Notes: generated by a model from the letters alone, not told the origin. Shown: positions 47,089-57,001, counted from the first letter of the stretch. The stretch: DNA of 64,000 nucleotides from Patescibacteria group bacterium (GCA_040390725.1 JAZJXT010000004.1:30026-94025), one strand, 5' to 3'. Numbers and translations: made by a program.

Positions 47089-48990
47089 TTATTTTTGCAA
47101 TAGCAATGCTTTTTTACCTATATCTCGCCTATACTGCATACCTTCAAATGATATTTTTTTGATAGCTTCATATGCCGTGTTCAAAGCTTCTTGTAATGTA
47201 TCACCAATAGCAGATACTCCCAGCACTCGCCCACCGTTGGTGACTAAATTATTATTTTCCATTTTTGTACCGGCGTGAAAAACAACAACGTTTTTATTTT
47301 CTTCCGCTTCTTTAACTTCAAAAATAATTTTCCCTTTTTCATAATCCCCCGGATATCCGGCTGAAGCTATTGCAATATTACAGGCAAATAAATCTTTCCA
47401 TTTTATTTCCATTTGATTTAATTTTTTATCAACACAAGCATTTATTATTTCCAATAAATCACTATCAAGCAAACGCATATAGCTTTGTGTTTCAGGATCG
47501 CCAAAACGAGAATTAAATTCAATTATTTTCGGTCCGTCTTCTGTGATAATAATTCCAGGGAAAATTATTCCTTCAAATAATGCACCTTCATCACGCATGC
47601 CCTTTAATACCGGCGCGATAATTTCTTTTTCAATTCTATTTTTCATTTCTTCATTTATAAATGGCAATGGAGCAATTGTTCCCATGCCTCCTGTATTTAA
47701 CCCTGTATCATTTTCACCAATTCTTTTGTGGTCTTGCGACAATGGAAACATCGAATAAGTTTCACCGTCTGATAATGCATGCACAGAAATTTCAATTCCC
47801 GTAAGGAATTCTTCTATGACTATTTCCCTGCCTGATTCACCAAAAACTTTTTTAATAAAAATATCTTGCAAGGCTTTTTCAGCTTCTTCTTTATTTAAAC
47901 AAATCAAAACACCCTTACCAAAAGCTAGTCCATCCACTTTTATGACTACTGGAAATTTTTGCGTATTTAAATACTCCAGTGCCTTATCGTAGTCATCAAA
48001 ACTTTCCCATCGTGCTGTAGGTAAATTATGCCTCTTCATAAAATCTTTTGCATAAACTTTTGACCATTCAAGTTTTGCCGCCATTTTTGTCGGCCCCCAA
48101 ATACGTAAATTCTCTTTCTTAAATTCATCCACTACACCAAGCGCCAAAGGGTCATCAGGCACAGCTAAAGTCAAATCTATTTTTTCTTTTTTTACAAAAT
48201 CAATAAGCCCAGCTATGTCTGTGGCTTTAATATCAATATTTACACCTATTTCAGCCGTACCGGCATTCCCCGGAGCAAAATAAATCTCACCCGCCAAAGG
48301 CGACTGCGCTATTTTCCATCCGATAGCGTGTTCCCTGCCGCCAGACCCTATTATTAAAATTTTCTGCTTACTGATTTCGCATAATTTTTCTAAAACTTCC
48401 ACGTAAAGCTTATTTTCTTTTCTTTTTAATCTTGAGTATAAAGAAATAACATTATCGTTTTCTTCAGCTTTCTCATATACTCTACCAAGAACTGGCCCAA
48501 AGTCGAAGTTTAAAGTCAAAAAATGTATTGAAGAGCCGGCATAAGTTGATCTTTTATCCAAAACATTTTGTATCGCCTTTTCGGTCAGCATTCCTTTATT
48601 CCAAAGTGACTCTGTGCCGTCAGGATTTTTAAATACTCCATCCTCAGCATCTGGAATAATTCCCGGATGTAAATTTATAATTTTATTCGGATACCCAGTA
48701 ATAACTTCATCTAAAATTATTTTTTTCCAACCGCATAAACAAATAAAATCAGGATTTAATTTTTGTAAAAGCGGTAAGAGATTTTCTTTCTCCGCGCAAA
48801 TTTCAATTTTTAAATTGTGCCTTTTTGCATGCTCTAACCCCAAAGCTTTTTCGGTATCGGAAACTACCGCGCAAATCTCCGCATTTATTTTACCTTGTTC
48901 TATGCCTTCTATTATGGCCTGCAAATTTGTGCCTGTACCGGTGTCAGAAATCAAAACAGCTAATTTTATTTTATTCTTTTGGGACATCAT
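47089..48990 (-). CDS. purND: Bifunctional phosphoribosylglycinamide formyltransferase / phosphoribosylamine--glycine ligase (PurN-PurD fusion)
   Basis: N-terminal ~200 aa is PurN-like (KLAVLISDTGTGTNLQAII ... LHPG). The remainder is a PurD ATP-grasp (KILIIGSGGREHAIGWKIAQSP ... GAGTAEIG). One continuous 633-aa frame. Confidence 0.85.
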   Translation of the reverse strand: MMSQKNKIKLAVLISDTGTGTNLQAIIEGIEQGKINAEICAVVSDTEKALGLEHAKRHNLKIEICAEKENLLPLLQKLNPDFICLCGWKKIILDEVITGYPNKIINLHPGIIPDAEDGVFKNPDGTESLWNKGMLTEKAIQNVLDKRSTYAGSSIHFLTLNFDFGPVLGRVYEKAEENDNVISLYSRLKRKENKLYVEVLEKLCEISKQKILIIGSGGREHAIGWKIAQSPLAGEIYFAPGNAGTAEIGVNIDIKATDIAGLIDFVKKEKIDLTLAVPDDPLALGVVDEFKKENLRIWGPTKMAAKLEWSKVYAKDFMKRHNLPTARWESFDDYDKALEYLNTQKFPVVIKVDGLAFGKGVLICLNKEEAEKALQDIFIKKVFGESGREIVIEEFLTGIEISVHALSDGETYSMFPLSQDHKRIGENDTGLNTGGMGTIAPLPFINEEMKNRIEKEIIAPVLKGMRDEGALFEGIIFPGIIITEDGPKIIEFNSRFGDPETQSYMRLLDSDLLEIINACVDKKLNQMEIKWKDLFACNIAIASAGYPGDYEKGKIIFEVKEAEENKNVVVFHAGTKMENNNLVTNGGRVLGVSAIGDTLQEALNTAYEAIKKISFEGMQYRRDIGKKALLLQK

Positions 48991-50368
48991 GATTTACTTC
49001 CCCCGCTCTTTCTAATAAAGGTATGGGGTACTCTCCATTAAAAAATGACAATGATAGATGATCCTTTGGAAGACCGATTGATTCCACTAATCCATCCAAG
49101 GAAAGAAAACAAAGTGACGTAGCTCCTAAGAATTCTCGAATTTCTTCTACAGTTTTATGTGAAGCAATTAAATCTTTTTGTTTCGGCGTATCAATACCAT
49201 AAAAATCTGGGAATTTTACCGGAGGAGAAGAAACTAGAAAATGAACTTCTTTAGCGCCTGCCTTAAAGAGTGCTTCGACTAATCTCTTGCTAGTAGTCCC
49301 TCTCACAATGGAGTCATCAATCACAGCAATTTTTTTACCGGATAAAATCTCCGGTAAGGGAATTAACTTGAGAGCAACACTGTGCTGGCGAGATGCTTGA
49401 TCAGGTTCGATAAATGTCCTGTGCACATAACGATTTTTCACCAAAGCCATTTCCAAGGGAATACCTGAAGCCTCGGAATAACCAATAGCTACAGGAGTAG
49501 CTGTATCAGGCACTGGTACGATAATATCAACATCGACTTTGCATTCACGAGCAAGAATTTTACCAAAATTTTTCCTTACATCATAAATAAGTTTACCGGA
49601 AAGAACACTATCAGGCCGAGCAAAATAAACATATTCAAAGACATCATGTTTCGGCGTAGGCTCTGCGAGCTTTATACTTTGTAAACCATTTTCATTTACT
49701 AAAATCATTTCTCCGGGTTCTACTTCTCGCAAGAATTCAGCGCCGATAGTTTTTAATGCGCAAGTTTCAGAAGCTACAATATATCCATCTCCAATGGCAC
49801 CTAAAACCATAGGACGCATACCATATGCATCACGAATAGCAACCATATTATTTTTATCCATCATTGTAATAGAAAATGAACCGGTCAAGAGCGGAAAAAC
49901 TTTTGTAACGGCTTCTGATAATGTCAAACCTTGTGACAAATAAAAAGAAATAGCATCAGCTATTAATTCAGAATCAGTACGGCCTTTTTTTAAAATATTT
50001 TTGGAAGATAAAAATTCTTGCAAAGCTTTTACGCTAGGTAAATTGCCATTGTGCGCCAAAGCAAAATAATTATTTTCATCGAGCACAGGCTGAGCATGAT
50101 CAAGAGCAGTTCCGCCGGAAGTCGAATATCTGTTATGCCCTATCGCTATATGCCCCGATAGAGAATTTATAGCTTCTTCCGTGTAAACTCCAGACACGAG
50201 CCCTGCGCCCTTGTGTGTGTAAAATTTATCTCCATCACTCGTAGTGATACCGGAAGCTTCTTGTCCGCGATGCTGAAGAGCAAACAAACCAAAAAACGCA
50301 AGCCTAGAAACTGGCGCATTTTTGGCATATATACCGACTATTCCACATTTTTCTTTTAATTCTTCCAT
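48971..50368 (-). CDS. purF: Amidophosphoribosyltransferase
   Basis: N-terminal nucleophile MxxKCGIVGIY, Ntn glutaminase domain and PRTase domain (VVPVPDTATP). Confidence 0.9.
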   Translation of the reverse strand: MEELKEKCGIVGIYAKNAPVSRLAFFGLFALQHRGQEASGITTSDGDKFYTHKGAGLVSGVYTEEAINSLSGHIAIGHNRYSTSGGTALDHAQPVLDENNYFALAHNGNLPSVKALQEFLSSKNILKKGRTDSELIADAISFYLSQGLTLSEAVTKVFPLLTGSFSITMMDKNNMVAIRDAYGMRPMVLGAIGDGYIVASETCALKTIGAEFLREVEPGEMILVNENGLQSIKLAEPTPKHDVFEYVYFARPDSVLSGKLIYDVRKNFGKILARECKVDVDIIVPVPDTATPVAIGYSEASGIPLEMALVKNRYVHRTFIEPDQASRQHSVALKLIPLPEILSGKKIAVIDDSIVRGTTSKRLVEALFKAGAKEVHFLVSSPPVKFPDFYGIDTPKQKDLIASHKTVEEIREFLGATSLCFLSLDGLVESIGLPKDHLSLSFFNGEYPIPLLERAGEVNHDVPKE

Positions 50369-50378
50369 AATTTATTTT

Positions 50379-51188
50379 TTATTTTCTAAAATAATCAACT
50401 GCGTTTTTAAATAAAATAATACCGTCACCCATTTCACTTTTTTGGGAGCCGAGCTCCCCCTTGGGAGCTCGGCTCCCAAATTTATTCTTTTGCCACAAGG
50501 GACTATGATACGCAAACATTGCGCGTTCCGGATGAGGCATCATTCCCAATACCCTGCCATTATACGCTAAAACTCCGGCTATTGCATAATCCGAGCCGTT
50601 TGGATTTACTTCGGTATTCTGGAATTTACAAATATCACCTTTCGTATAAGTAAAAGCAATTTGTTTATTTTTCTTCAAAATTTTATATTCTTTTGCATCA
50701 GCTATATATCTGCCTTCGCCGTGCGCTATAGGCAAGGAAATTTTCTTAATATTTTTAAGCCAAGGACTAGTACTATTTTCTGTTTTTAGATCCACCCAAT
50801 AATCAATATACAAAGCATTCTTGTTGTGTGTGAGAGCTCCCGGTATAATTCCTAAATTCGTCATTATTTGAAAACCATTACAAATACCTATCGCTAAAGT
50901 ATTACGAGATAAAAATTCCTCTAATTCTTTTGCCAAGTGATTTTTAAATTTATTCGCATAAGCTTTTCCACTGCCCGTATCATCACCATAAGAAAATCCT
51001 CCAGGGAAAGCTAAAATTTGGTATTCCAAAAGCATTTTTGGCTTCGCGATTAGGTCATTTATATGCACAATGTCAGCCTTACCACCTACTTTTTCAAAAG
51101 CATACTTTGTTTCCTCTTCGCAGTTTAAACCATACCCGGAAAGCACTATAATTCTTGGCTTTTTAATTTTTTTTTGGGCTTTTTTCAT
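50379..51188 (-). CDS. purQ: Phosphoribosylformylglycinamidine synthase glutaminase subunit
   Basis: Class I glutamine amidotransferase with catalytic GICNGFQ and HPE triad motif. 269 aa. Confidence 0.85.
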   Translation of the reverse strand: MKKAQKKIKKPRIIVLSGYGLNCEEETKYAFEKVGGKADIVHINDLIAKPKMLLEYQILAFPGGFSYGDDTGSGKAYANKFKNHLAKELEEFLSRNTLAIGICNGFQIMTNLGIIPGALTHNKNALYIDYWVDLKTENSTSPWLKNIKKISLPIAHGEGRYIADAKEYKILKKNKQIAFTYTKGDICKFQNTEVNPNGSDYAIAGVLAYNGRVLGMMPHPERAMFAYHSPLWQKNKFGSRAPKGELGSQKSEMGDGIILFKNAVDYFRK

Positions 51189-51225
51189 CTATACACCATA
51201 TATTAACATTTTTTTTACTTTTCGG

Positions 51226-51354
51226 CTAATACACCTCCTGCTGATAACATTTTTCACAATACACTATTTCCGGTCTTTCCGGAGCATAACTTGTTTCAAA
51301 TTCTACATTGCATCTTGCCCCGCCTTGGCGTGGGTTTTTTGTTTCGTAATTCAT
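51226..51354 (-). CDS. 42-aa zinc-ribbon-like mini ORF, an in-frame internal-deletion derivative of the Cys-rich paralog family (possibly a gene remnant)
   Basis: Not in the ORF track (<60 aa). Translation is MNYETKNPRQGGARCNVEFETSYAPERPEIVYCEKCYQQEVY. The N-terminus matches ...NKTPRQGGINC of 58738..60435 (15 nt identical, cccgccttggcgtgg at 51318-51332 vs 60388-60402). The C-terminus matches its ...EITTSYSPEDQKKYVLYCEQCYQQEMY end. Immediately upstream of purQ, same strand. Confidence 0.45.
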   Translation of the reverse strand: MNYETKNPRQGGARCNVEFETSYAPERPEIVYCEKCYQQEVY

Positions 51355-51391
51355 TTGGTTTTTTTATTTTATAAGTGTATCATATTAATAT

Positions 51392-52087
51392 ATGAAATTA
51401 CATAGATTTATAGGAAAATACGACCTTTCGCAAAAAGAGGTAGAAATCACCGATATTGAAACTATCAAGCAAATAAGGGCTGTTTTGAGACTAGAAGAAG
51501 GTGATAAAATCATACTTTGTGATGGTAGTGGCACAGAAGCAGAAGCTATTATCACTTCCCTTTCTCATAATAAAATCATTTGTGAAATAGAAAAAATACT
51601 CGACACAAATGAACCGGAAAGAAAAGTGAGTTTATATATTGCAATATTAAAAAAAGAAAATTTTGAACTAGCTGTACAAAAAGCTGTAGAATGCGGAGTT
51701 GCCAACATTATACCCGTCATTACTGAACGTACCATAAAAACAGGATTGAATAATGAAAGACTGGAAAAAATAATCCGTGAAGCGAGTGAGCAATCAGGGC
51801 GAAGCATCGTGCCGAAACTTTTTGAAATTATGAATTTTATAGATGCATTAGAAAATGGAAAAAGTGCGGAGGAAAAAATAATTTTTCACTTAGTTGAAAA
51901 TAAATATATGCCCGACAAAAATGCTAATCTTATTAGCATTTTTGTCGGGCCTGAAGGTGGATTCACAGAAAAAGAAATTATTTTAGCGCAAGAATCCGGC
52001 TACACTCCAGCATCCCTAGGCCGACTCACCCTACGCGGAGAAACTGCCGGCATAGTGGCTACCTACCGCGCTGTTAATAAAATATAA
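51392..52087 (+). CDS. rsmE: 16S rRNA (uracil1498-N3)-methyltransferase
   Basis: PUA-like N-terminus and SPOUT C-terminal region (FVGPEGGFTEKEI). Confidence 0.8.
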   Translation: MKLHRFIGKYDLSQKEVEITDIETIKQIRAVLRLEEGDKIILCDGSGTEAEAIITSLSHNKIICEIEKILDTNEPERKVSLYIAILKKENFELAVQKAVECGVANIIPVITERTIKTGLNNERLEKIIREASEQSGRSIVPKLFEIMNFIDALENGKSAEEKIIFHLVENKYMPDKNANLISIFVGPEGGFTEKEIILAQESGYTPASLGRLTLRGETAGIVATYRAVNKI

Positions 52088-54268
52088 TTATTCTAAAAGA
52101 TTCTTAAGAACATCCTCGGGTACTTCGCGAACTTTTGGTGCTGGCGGAGGTGTCGGCGTGGGCGTTGGTCCTGATATTGGTCTTGGTGTCGGCTCAGGCA
52201 CTGATTCAGTTTTCTCGGAAATCAAATCTTTTAATTTATTCATTTCATCAATACTTGCTGAGCGGTCGCCATGTAAAATGACAGGTGGTTGAGAAATTTT
52301 TAAATCACTCAAAGACATAGGTGGAGGTGTCGGCTTTTCTACTATTGAAATAGCCTCGGGTGAAATAGAATTCGATTCAGAAATTTTATTTTCTGATAAA
52401 GTTTTATTTAAAATATCTCGAAGCGCTAAATTTTCTTTTCTAGGCTCTTTTTTAAATATAACAGGTTTTGCAAATGGAGTCTTTATAGAAAAATTTGGCA
52501 AAAGTTTAGAAATATTTTTTAAAGGTGAAGATACTGACGGCTTTATGGTTGGTCTTACCGGTGGTCTAATATTTTTATCAAAAGTTTTTTTAATTTCTAA
52601 AAATGGACTAGGCTTCTTTGGGGCTTGAGGGGCTTTAACCGGTGAAGCATTAACCGATACAGACCTCTCGGTATTTGTAGGAGCGCCTTGATTGCCACCG
52701 CCACCTTGACTCTTGTTTTCAAATTCAATACCTAAATCCGCCAATGGTCTGTAAAATTTTGTTTCATCTTGCTTGATTTGATTCATGGATCCCGAAAGAG
52801 GCTTCAATTCACCTGACTTCATTTTTGCTATACAATCCTTGCAATACACGGGCCTGCCTGGCTGCGGCATAAATGGTACAAAAGTTTCTTTTTTACAAAT
52901 AGAACAAACTGCGGGGAATTTTTCCATACTGCCAGAATCATTGTCGCCACCTACCATCATGCCACTCCAATTATTTATTTCCCTTTCTACTTCTTCTCTG
53001 GATCTGCAATACAAAGCGCGAGAAGACCTGATAACTTCTTCTTCTATTTCTTTAATGCCTGACTTCACCAAGGGTGGCAAAGTCTTTGCAGAAAATGGCC
53101 GGCTCGTAATACCGCCTATCATTAATTTTAAATAAATTCTATAGTTCGGTAAGTTCACGATATCTTGCGGAATAAATTCCGGCTCAAATTCTTTTTCCAA
53201 AAATTCCGCATCATCGGCGCCGACACGAAATACAATCATGGTACCCACGTTACCGAAAACAGAGTCGCGCACATTTGTACTTTCTTTAGTGACAAGCTGA
53301 GCAGTGTATTGGTGAGCAACTGTTAAATTAAGACGATATTTTCGAGCCTCGGAAAGAATAGATGCGAAAGAATCTGTAACGAAATTTTGGAATTCGTCCA
53401 CGTAAAGATAAAAATCTTTACGCTCTTCTTCAGGAATACGAACGCGCTCCATCGCCGCCAGCTGAATCTTTGTAATAATCATACCTCCGAGTAATGCAGA
53501 GTTATCTTCACCGATACGCCCCTTGGAAACATTCACTAGAAAAATCTTTCCTTCATTCATAACATCAAAAACATTTATTGTGCTTTTTGATTGGCCTACA
53601 ACATTTCGAATTATAGAAGTTGAAAGAAATTGTCCGACTTTATTTTGAATCGGAGCAATAGCTTCATTTCTAAATTTATCCTGCCAAGCTTCATATTCAT
53701 GAATCCAAAAAGCCTTGATGACGGGATCTTTTAAATTACTAATTATTTTTTGACGATAATCTTTATCCACTAGCATTCTGGGTATTCCCAAAAGAGTGGT
53801 ATTTGGGGTGTCGAGCAATGCTAAAATAGCGTTGTTCAAAATATATTCCATTCTCGCAGACCAAGCATTCGCCCAAATTTTTGTAAATATTCCCATGAGA
53901 CCGGAAGCCACCAAATGTTTATATTTTGGATCAAGTAATTCCAAAACATTAAAACCAATATGATAATCAACATCTGCAGGATTAAAATAAACAACGTCTT
54001 TCATGCGGTGCGGAGGAATAGCCGAAAGAATACTTTCTACGAGTTCTCCGTGAGGGTCAACCACACAAACACCATCACCATTTATGACATTTTGAATAAC
54101 CATATTGAACATCAAGACAGATTTACCGGTACCGGATTTACCGAGCAGATACATATGCTGGCGCCTGTCTTTTCGCTTGATACCGAAAAGAGTTTTTTTG
54201 TCGCGATAGGTCGTCTGACCTATATATGTCATATCCTTATTGGCTGGTAAATCTTTAAATTCCATCAA
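52088..54268 (-). CDS. P-loop NTPase of the HerA/FtsK/TraD-VirD4 superfamily with C-terminal zinc ribbon and long Pro/Ser-rich low-complexity tail
   Basis: Walker A HMYLLGKSGTGKS, Walker B YLYVDEFQNF, zinc ribbon CSICKK...CKDC, then ~250 aa of PxP-rich tail. No N-terminal TM. Exact family not resolvable by eye. Confidence 0.45.
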   Translation of the reverse strand: MMEFKDLPANKDMTYIGQTTYRDKKTLFGIKRKDRRQHMYLLGKSGTGKSVLMFNMVIQNVINGDGVCVVDPHGELVESILSAIPPHRMKDVVYFNPADVDYHIGFNVLELLDPKYKHLVASGLMGIFTKIWANAWSARMEYILNNAILALLDTPNTTLLGIPRMLVDKDYRQKIISNLKDPVIKAFWIHEYEAWQDKFRNEAIAPIQNKVGQFLSTSIIRNVVGQSKSTINVFDVMNEGKIFLVNVSKGRIGEDNSALLGGMIITKIQLAAMERVRIPEEERKDFYLYVDEFQNFVTDSFASILSEARKYRLNLTVAHQYTAQLVTKESTNVRDSVFGNVGTMIVFRVGADDAEFLEKEFEPEFIPQDIVNLPNYRIYLKLMIGGITSRPFSAKTLPPLVKSGIKEIEEEVIRSSRALYCRSREEVEREINNWSGMMVGGDNDSGSMEKFPAVCSICKKETFVPFMPQPGRPVYCKDCIAKMKSGELKPLSGSMNQIKQDETKFYRPLADLGIEFENKSQGGGGNQGAPTNTERSVSVNASPVKAPQAPKKPSPFLEIKKTFDKNIRPPVRPTIKPSVSSPLKNISKLLPNFSIKTPFAKPVIFKKEPRKENLALRDILNKTLSENKISESNSISPEAISIVEKPTPPPMSLSDLKISQPPVILHGDRSASIDEMNKLKDLISEKTESVPEPTPRPISGPTPTPTPPPAPKVREVPEDVLKNLLE

Positions 54269-54288
54269 AACATTATACCAAAAAAAAT

Positions 54289-56151
54289 TTAGTTTTGTCC
54301 ACCTTCAGGTGGAGTTTCCGGGTTTGGATTCTCTTGTGCCGGCTGTTCAGCAGAAGCCTTTTGCACAGCTTCGCCAATTTTAGACATTTCACTGGAAAGC
54401 TCTTCGGTGGCTTTTTTAACCGCTTCCATGTCACTGCCATCTTTTAATCCGCGAAGCATTGTGATTTTTGCATTCACGCCGTCTTTGAGTTCAGCAGGAA
54501 TTTTCGCTTCATTATCCTTGATTGCTTTTTCAGCTGTGAAGATAACCATATCAGCAGTATTTTTCACATCGGCATTTTCTTTTTTCTTTTTATCTTCATC
54601 AGCGTGAATTTCCGCGTCTTGTTGCATTTTTTTAATGTCTTCTTCTTTGAGTCCGGAGCTGGCTTCGATTCTGATAGTTTGTGTTTTACCTGAAGCTTTA
54701 TCCATAGCTTTCACATTCAAGATTCCGTTTGCATCCACATCAAAAGTCACTTCAATCTGAGGCATACCTCGAGGCGCTGGCGGAACTCCGTCTAAAATAA
54801 ATCGTCCCAGACTTTTATTGTCAGATGCCATAGGGCGTTCACCTTGCACTATGTGTATTTCCACACTTGTTTGATTGTCAGCAGCGGTAGAAAATGTTTG
54901 CGATTTTGATGAAGGAATAGTTGTATTTCTTTCCACTAATTTTGTAGCGACACCACCCAATGTTTCAATACCTAAAGATAATGGAATAACATCAAGAAGC
55001 AAGACATCACGCACATCACCTTGCAACACTCCAGCTTGCACCGCAGCGCCGAGAGCGACAACTTCATCGGGATTAATAGAAAGATTTGGAACTTTACAAA
55101 AAACTTTTTTCACTTCTTCCACGATTTTCGGCATTCTCGTTTGTCCTCCGACCATTATTATTTCATTCATTTCTTCCATTTTAAAACCGGAAGCAGTCAT
55201 CGCGCGTTTTGTTATTTCTATCGAACGAGCGATATATTCATCAGCGATTGATTCGAGTTGCGCGCGAGTCATTTTCAAGAGCAAGTGTTGCGGACCCTCA
55301 GCAGTAGAAGTAATAAACGGAATGTTTATTTCAGTTTCGATAGCTGTGGAAAGTTCGATTTTTGCTTTTTCAGCAGCTTCATCGAGACGTTGCAATGCTA
55401 GCTTGTCATTTCTTACATCTACACCGGAAGTCTTTTTATATTCTTCCGCAATCCAAGCGATAATCTTGTGGTCGATGTCGCGACCTCCTAGGTGACTGTC
55501 CCCATCTGTAGATTTTACTTCGATAACATCATCACCAATTTCTAAAACGGAAACGTCGAAAGTTCCTCCACCGAAGTCATACACAACTACTTTTTCATTT
55601 TTCTTTTTATTAAAACCATAAGCGAGCGCTGCAGCTGTCGGCTCATTGATAATTCTTTTTACGTCGAGGCCTGCTATCGCTCCTGCGTCTTTTGTAGCTT
55701 TTCTTTGCGCATCGTTGAAATACGCCGGCACAGTGATGATGGCTTCAGTTATTTTCTCGCCGATTTTTGCTTCGACATCACTTTTTATTTTTCCTAAAAT
55801 CATCGCGGAAATTTCTTCCGGGCGCATCCATTTGTCGCCTATCATTACTTCCACTCCGCCATTTGCTGATTTCTGAATTTTAAAAGAAGCATTTTTTAAA
55901 TCTTTCTGCACTTCCGGATCTTCGAAATTGTGACCCATAAAACGCTTGATGCCATACACAGTATTTTCCGGATTCGTCACCGCTTGTCTTTTTGCAAGCA
56001 AGCCTACCAGCCTGTCGCCATTTTTTGCAACAGAAACTACCGAAGGAGTCGTCCTCGCTCCCTCCGCATTCTCAATAATCTTCGGCTGTCCGCTTTCGAT
56101 TATCGCCACCGCACTATTTGTTGTACCCAAATCTATTCCTATTATTTTCAT
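54289..56151 (-). CDS. dnaK: Chaperone protein DnaK (Hsp70)
   Basis: [21 protein letters not shown] and full-length Hsp70 architecture with an acidic C-terminal tail. Confidence 0.95.
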   Translation of the reverse strand: MKIIGIDLGTTNSAVAIIESGQPKIIENAEGARTTPSVVSVAKNGDRLVGLLAKRQAVTNPENTVYGIKRFMGHNFEDPEVQKDLKNASFKIQKSANGGVEVMIGDKWMRPEEISAMILGKIKSDVEAKIGEKITEAIITVPAYFNDAQRKATKDAGAIAGLDVKRIINEPTAAALAYGFNKKKNEKVVVYDFGGGTFDVSVLEIGDDVIEVKSTDGDSHLGGRDIDHKIIAWIAEEYKKTSGVDVRNDKLALQRLDEAAEKAKIELSTAIETEINIPFITSTAEGPQHLLLKMTRAQLESIADEYIARSIEITKRAMTASGFKMEEMNEIIMVGGQTRMPKIVEEVKKVFCKVPNLSINPDEVVALGAAVQAGVLQGDVRDVLLLDVIPLSLGIETLGGVATKLVERNTTIPSSKSQTFSTAADNQTSVEIHIVQGERPMASDNKSLGRFILDGVPPAPRGMPQIEVTFDVDANGILNVKAMDKASGKTQTIRIEASSGLKEEDIKKMQQDAEIHADEDKKKKENADVKNTADMVIFTAEKAIKDNEAKIPAELKDGVNAKITMLRGLKDGSDMEAVKKATEELSSEMSKIGEAVQKASAEQPAQENPNPETPPEGGQN

Positions 56152-56163
56152 ATATTTTTTTTA

Positions 56164-56598
56164 TTAATTACTAATAATTTGAAAACCTAATTCTTTAACT
56201 TTTGAATCAAATAATTCTGCCCGCTTTGCAACATCAATTTTTTTAGTATCTTCAGTATAAGAAATAATTTCTTTATTTGTATACAAATCTACAACAAAAT
56301 ATGAGTTAATTTCCAGAGTGGAAAATCCACCCAAATACAAGCAAGCCTTAAGGCCTTCATCGTATCTATACTGGGGCTTACTAGCTATAAACATAGACTC
56401 GAAACTTTTTGTATTATTTTTTTCTGATTCCGAAGCATATTTTTTAATACCTAACTCTTGACATTTAACAATATTTTGACTTAAAGAAACTTCTCTATCC
56501 TTTTTAGGTAAATAAGAAACAAAATAATAACCGACAGCTAATGCTATTATTATTAAAGAAATACAGACTAACAAACTAGCGAAATTTATTTTTTTCAT
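56164..56598 (-). CDS. Hypothetical membrane-anchored/lipoprotein-like protein (144 aa)
   Basis: N-terminal signal-like helix (ASLLVCISLIIIALA). Stop lies 12 nt upstream of the dnaK start. Confidence 0.4.
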   Translation of the reverse strand: MKKINFASLLVCISLIIIALAVGYYFVSYLPKKDREVSLSQNIVKCQELGIKKYASESEKNNTKSFESMFIASKPQYRYDEGLKACLYLGGFSTLEINSYFVVDLYTNKEIISYTEDTKKIDVAKRAELFDSKVKELGFQIISN

Positions 56599-56610
56599 AT
56601 ATTTATATTT

Positions 56611-56988
56611 TTATAAATCTTTTAATAACTTATCGATTACTTCTACTGATGTATTTTTTGATACTGCCATTGCGGTATTAAAAAGTATTCTTAGAGATTC
56701 CTTGTATGAAGAATCTATTACTGTATTTACTTGCAAAATTACTTCATTTGGATTAGTTGCCTGAATGGTAAAAACATAATTATTATTATTTTGTCCAAGT
56801 GATGGTGGTATAGATCTGTTAATAATCATTGCCATTTGTTGTATCTGTAATGTAATAGTGAAAGACCTGTCGTCCTCTTGTTTTATCCAACGCACAAGAT
56901 TAGAATTTGCTGATTTCCATGGAATTTTTTCTTCCTTGGATTTTTCAATAAGTTTTTTAATTTGTTCTAAAATTTTTGTATTATCCAT
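56611..56988 (-). CDS. Hypothetical protein (125 aa)
   Basis: Soluble. Middle gene of the tightly packed three-gene set upstream of dnaK. Confidence 0.4.
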   Translation of the reverse strand: MDNTKILEQIKKLIEKSKEEKIPWKSANSNLVRWIKQEDDRSFTITLQIQQMAMIINRSIPPSLGQNNNNYVFTIQATNPNEVILQVNTVIDSSYKESLRILFNTAMAVSKNTSVEVIDKLLKDL

Positions 56989-57001
56989 ATATTTATATAT
57001 T

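Noticed and set aside
54407-56190. Several plus-strand ORFs (66-206 aa) inside dnaK
   Set aside because: Antisense to dnaK; Ser/Ala-rich translation typical of the reverse strand of a conserved gene.
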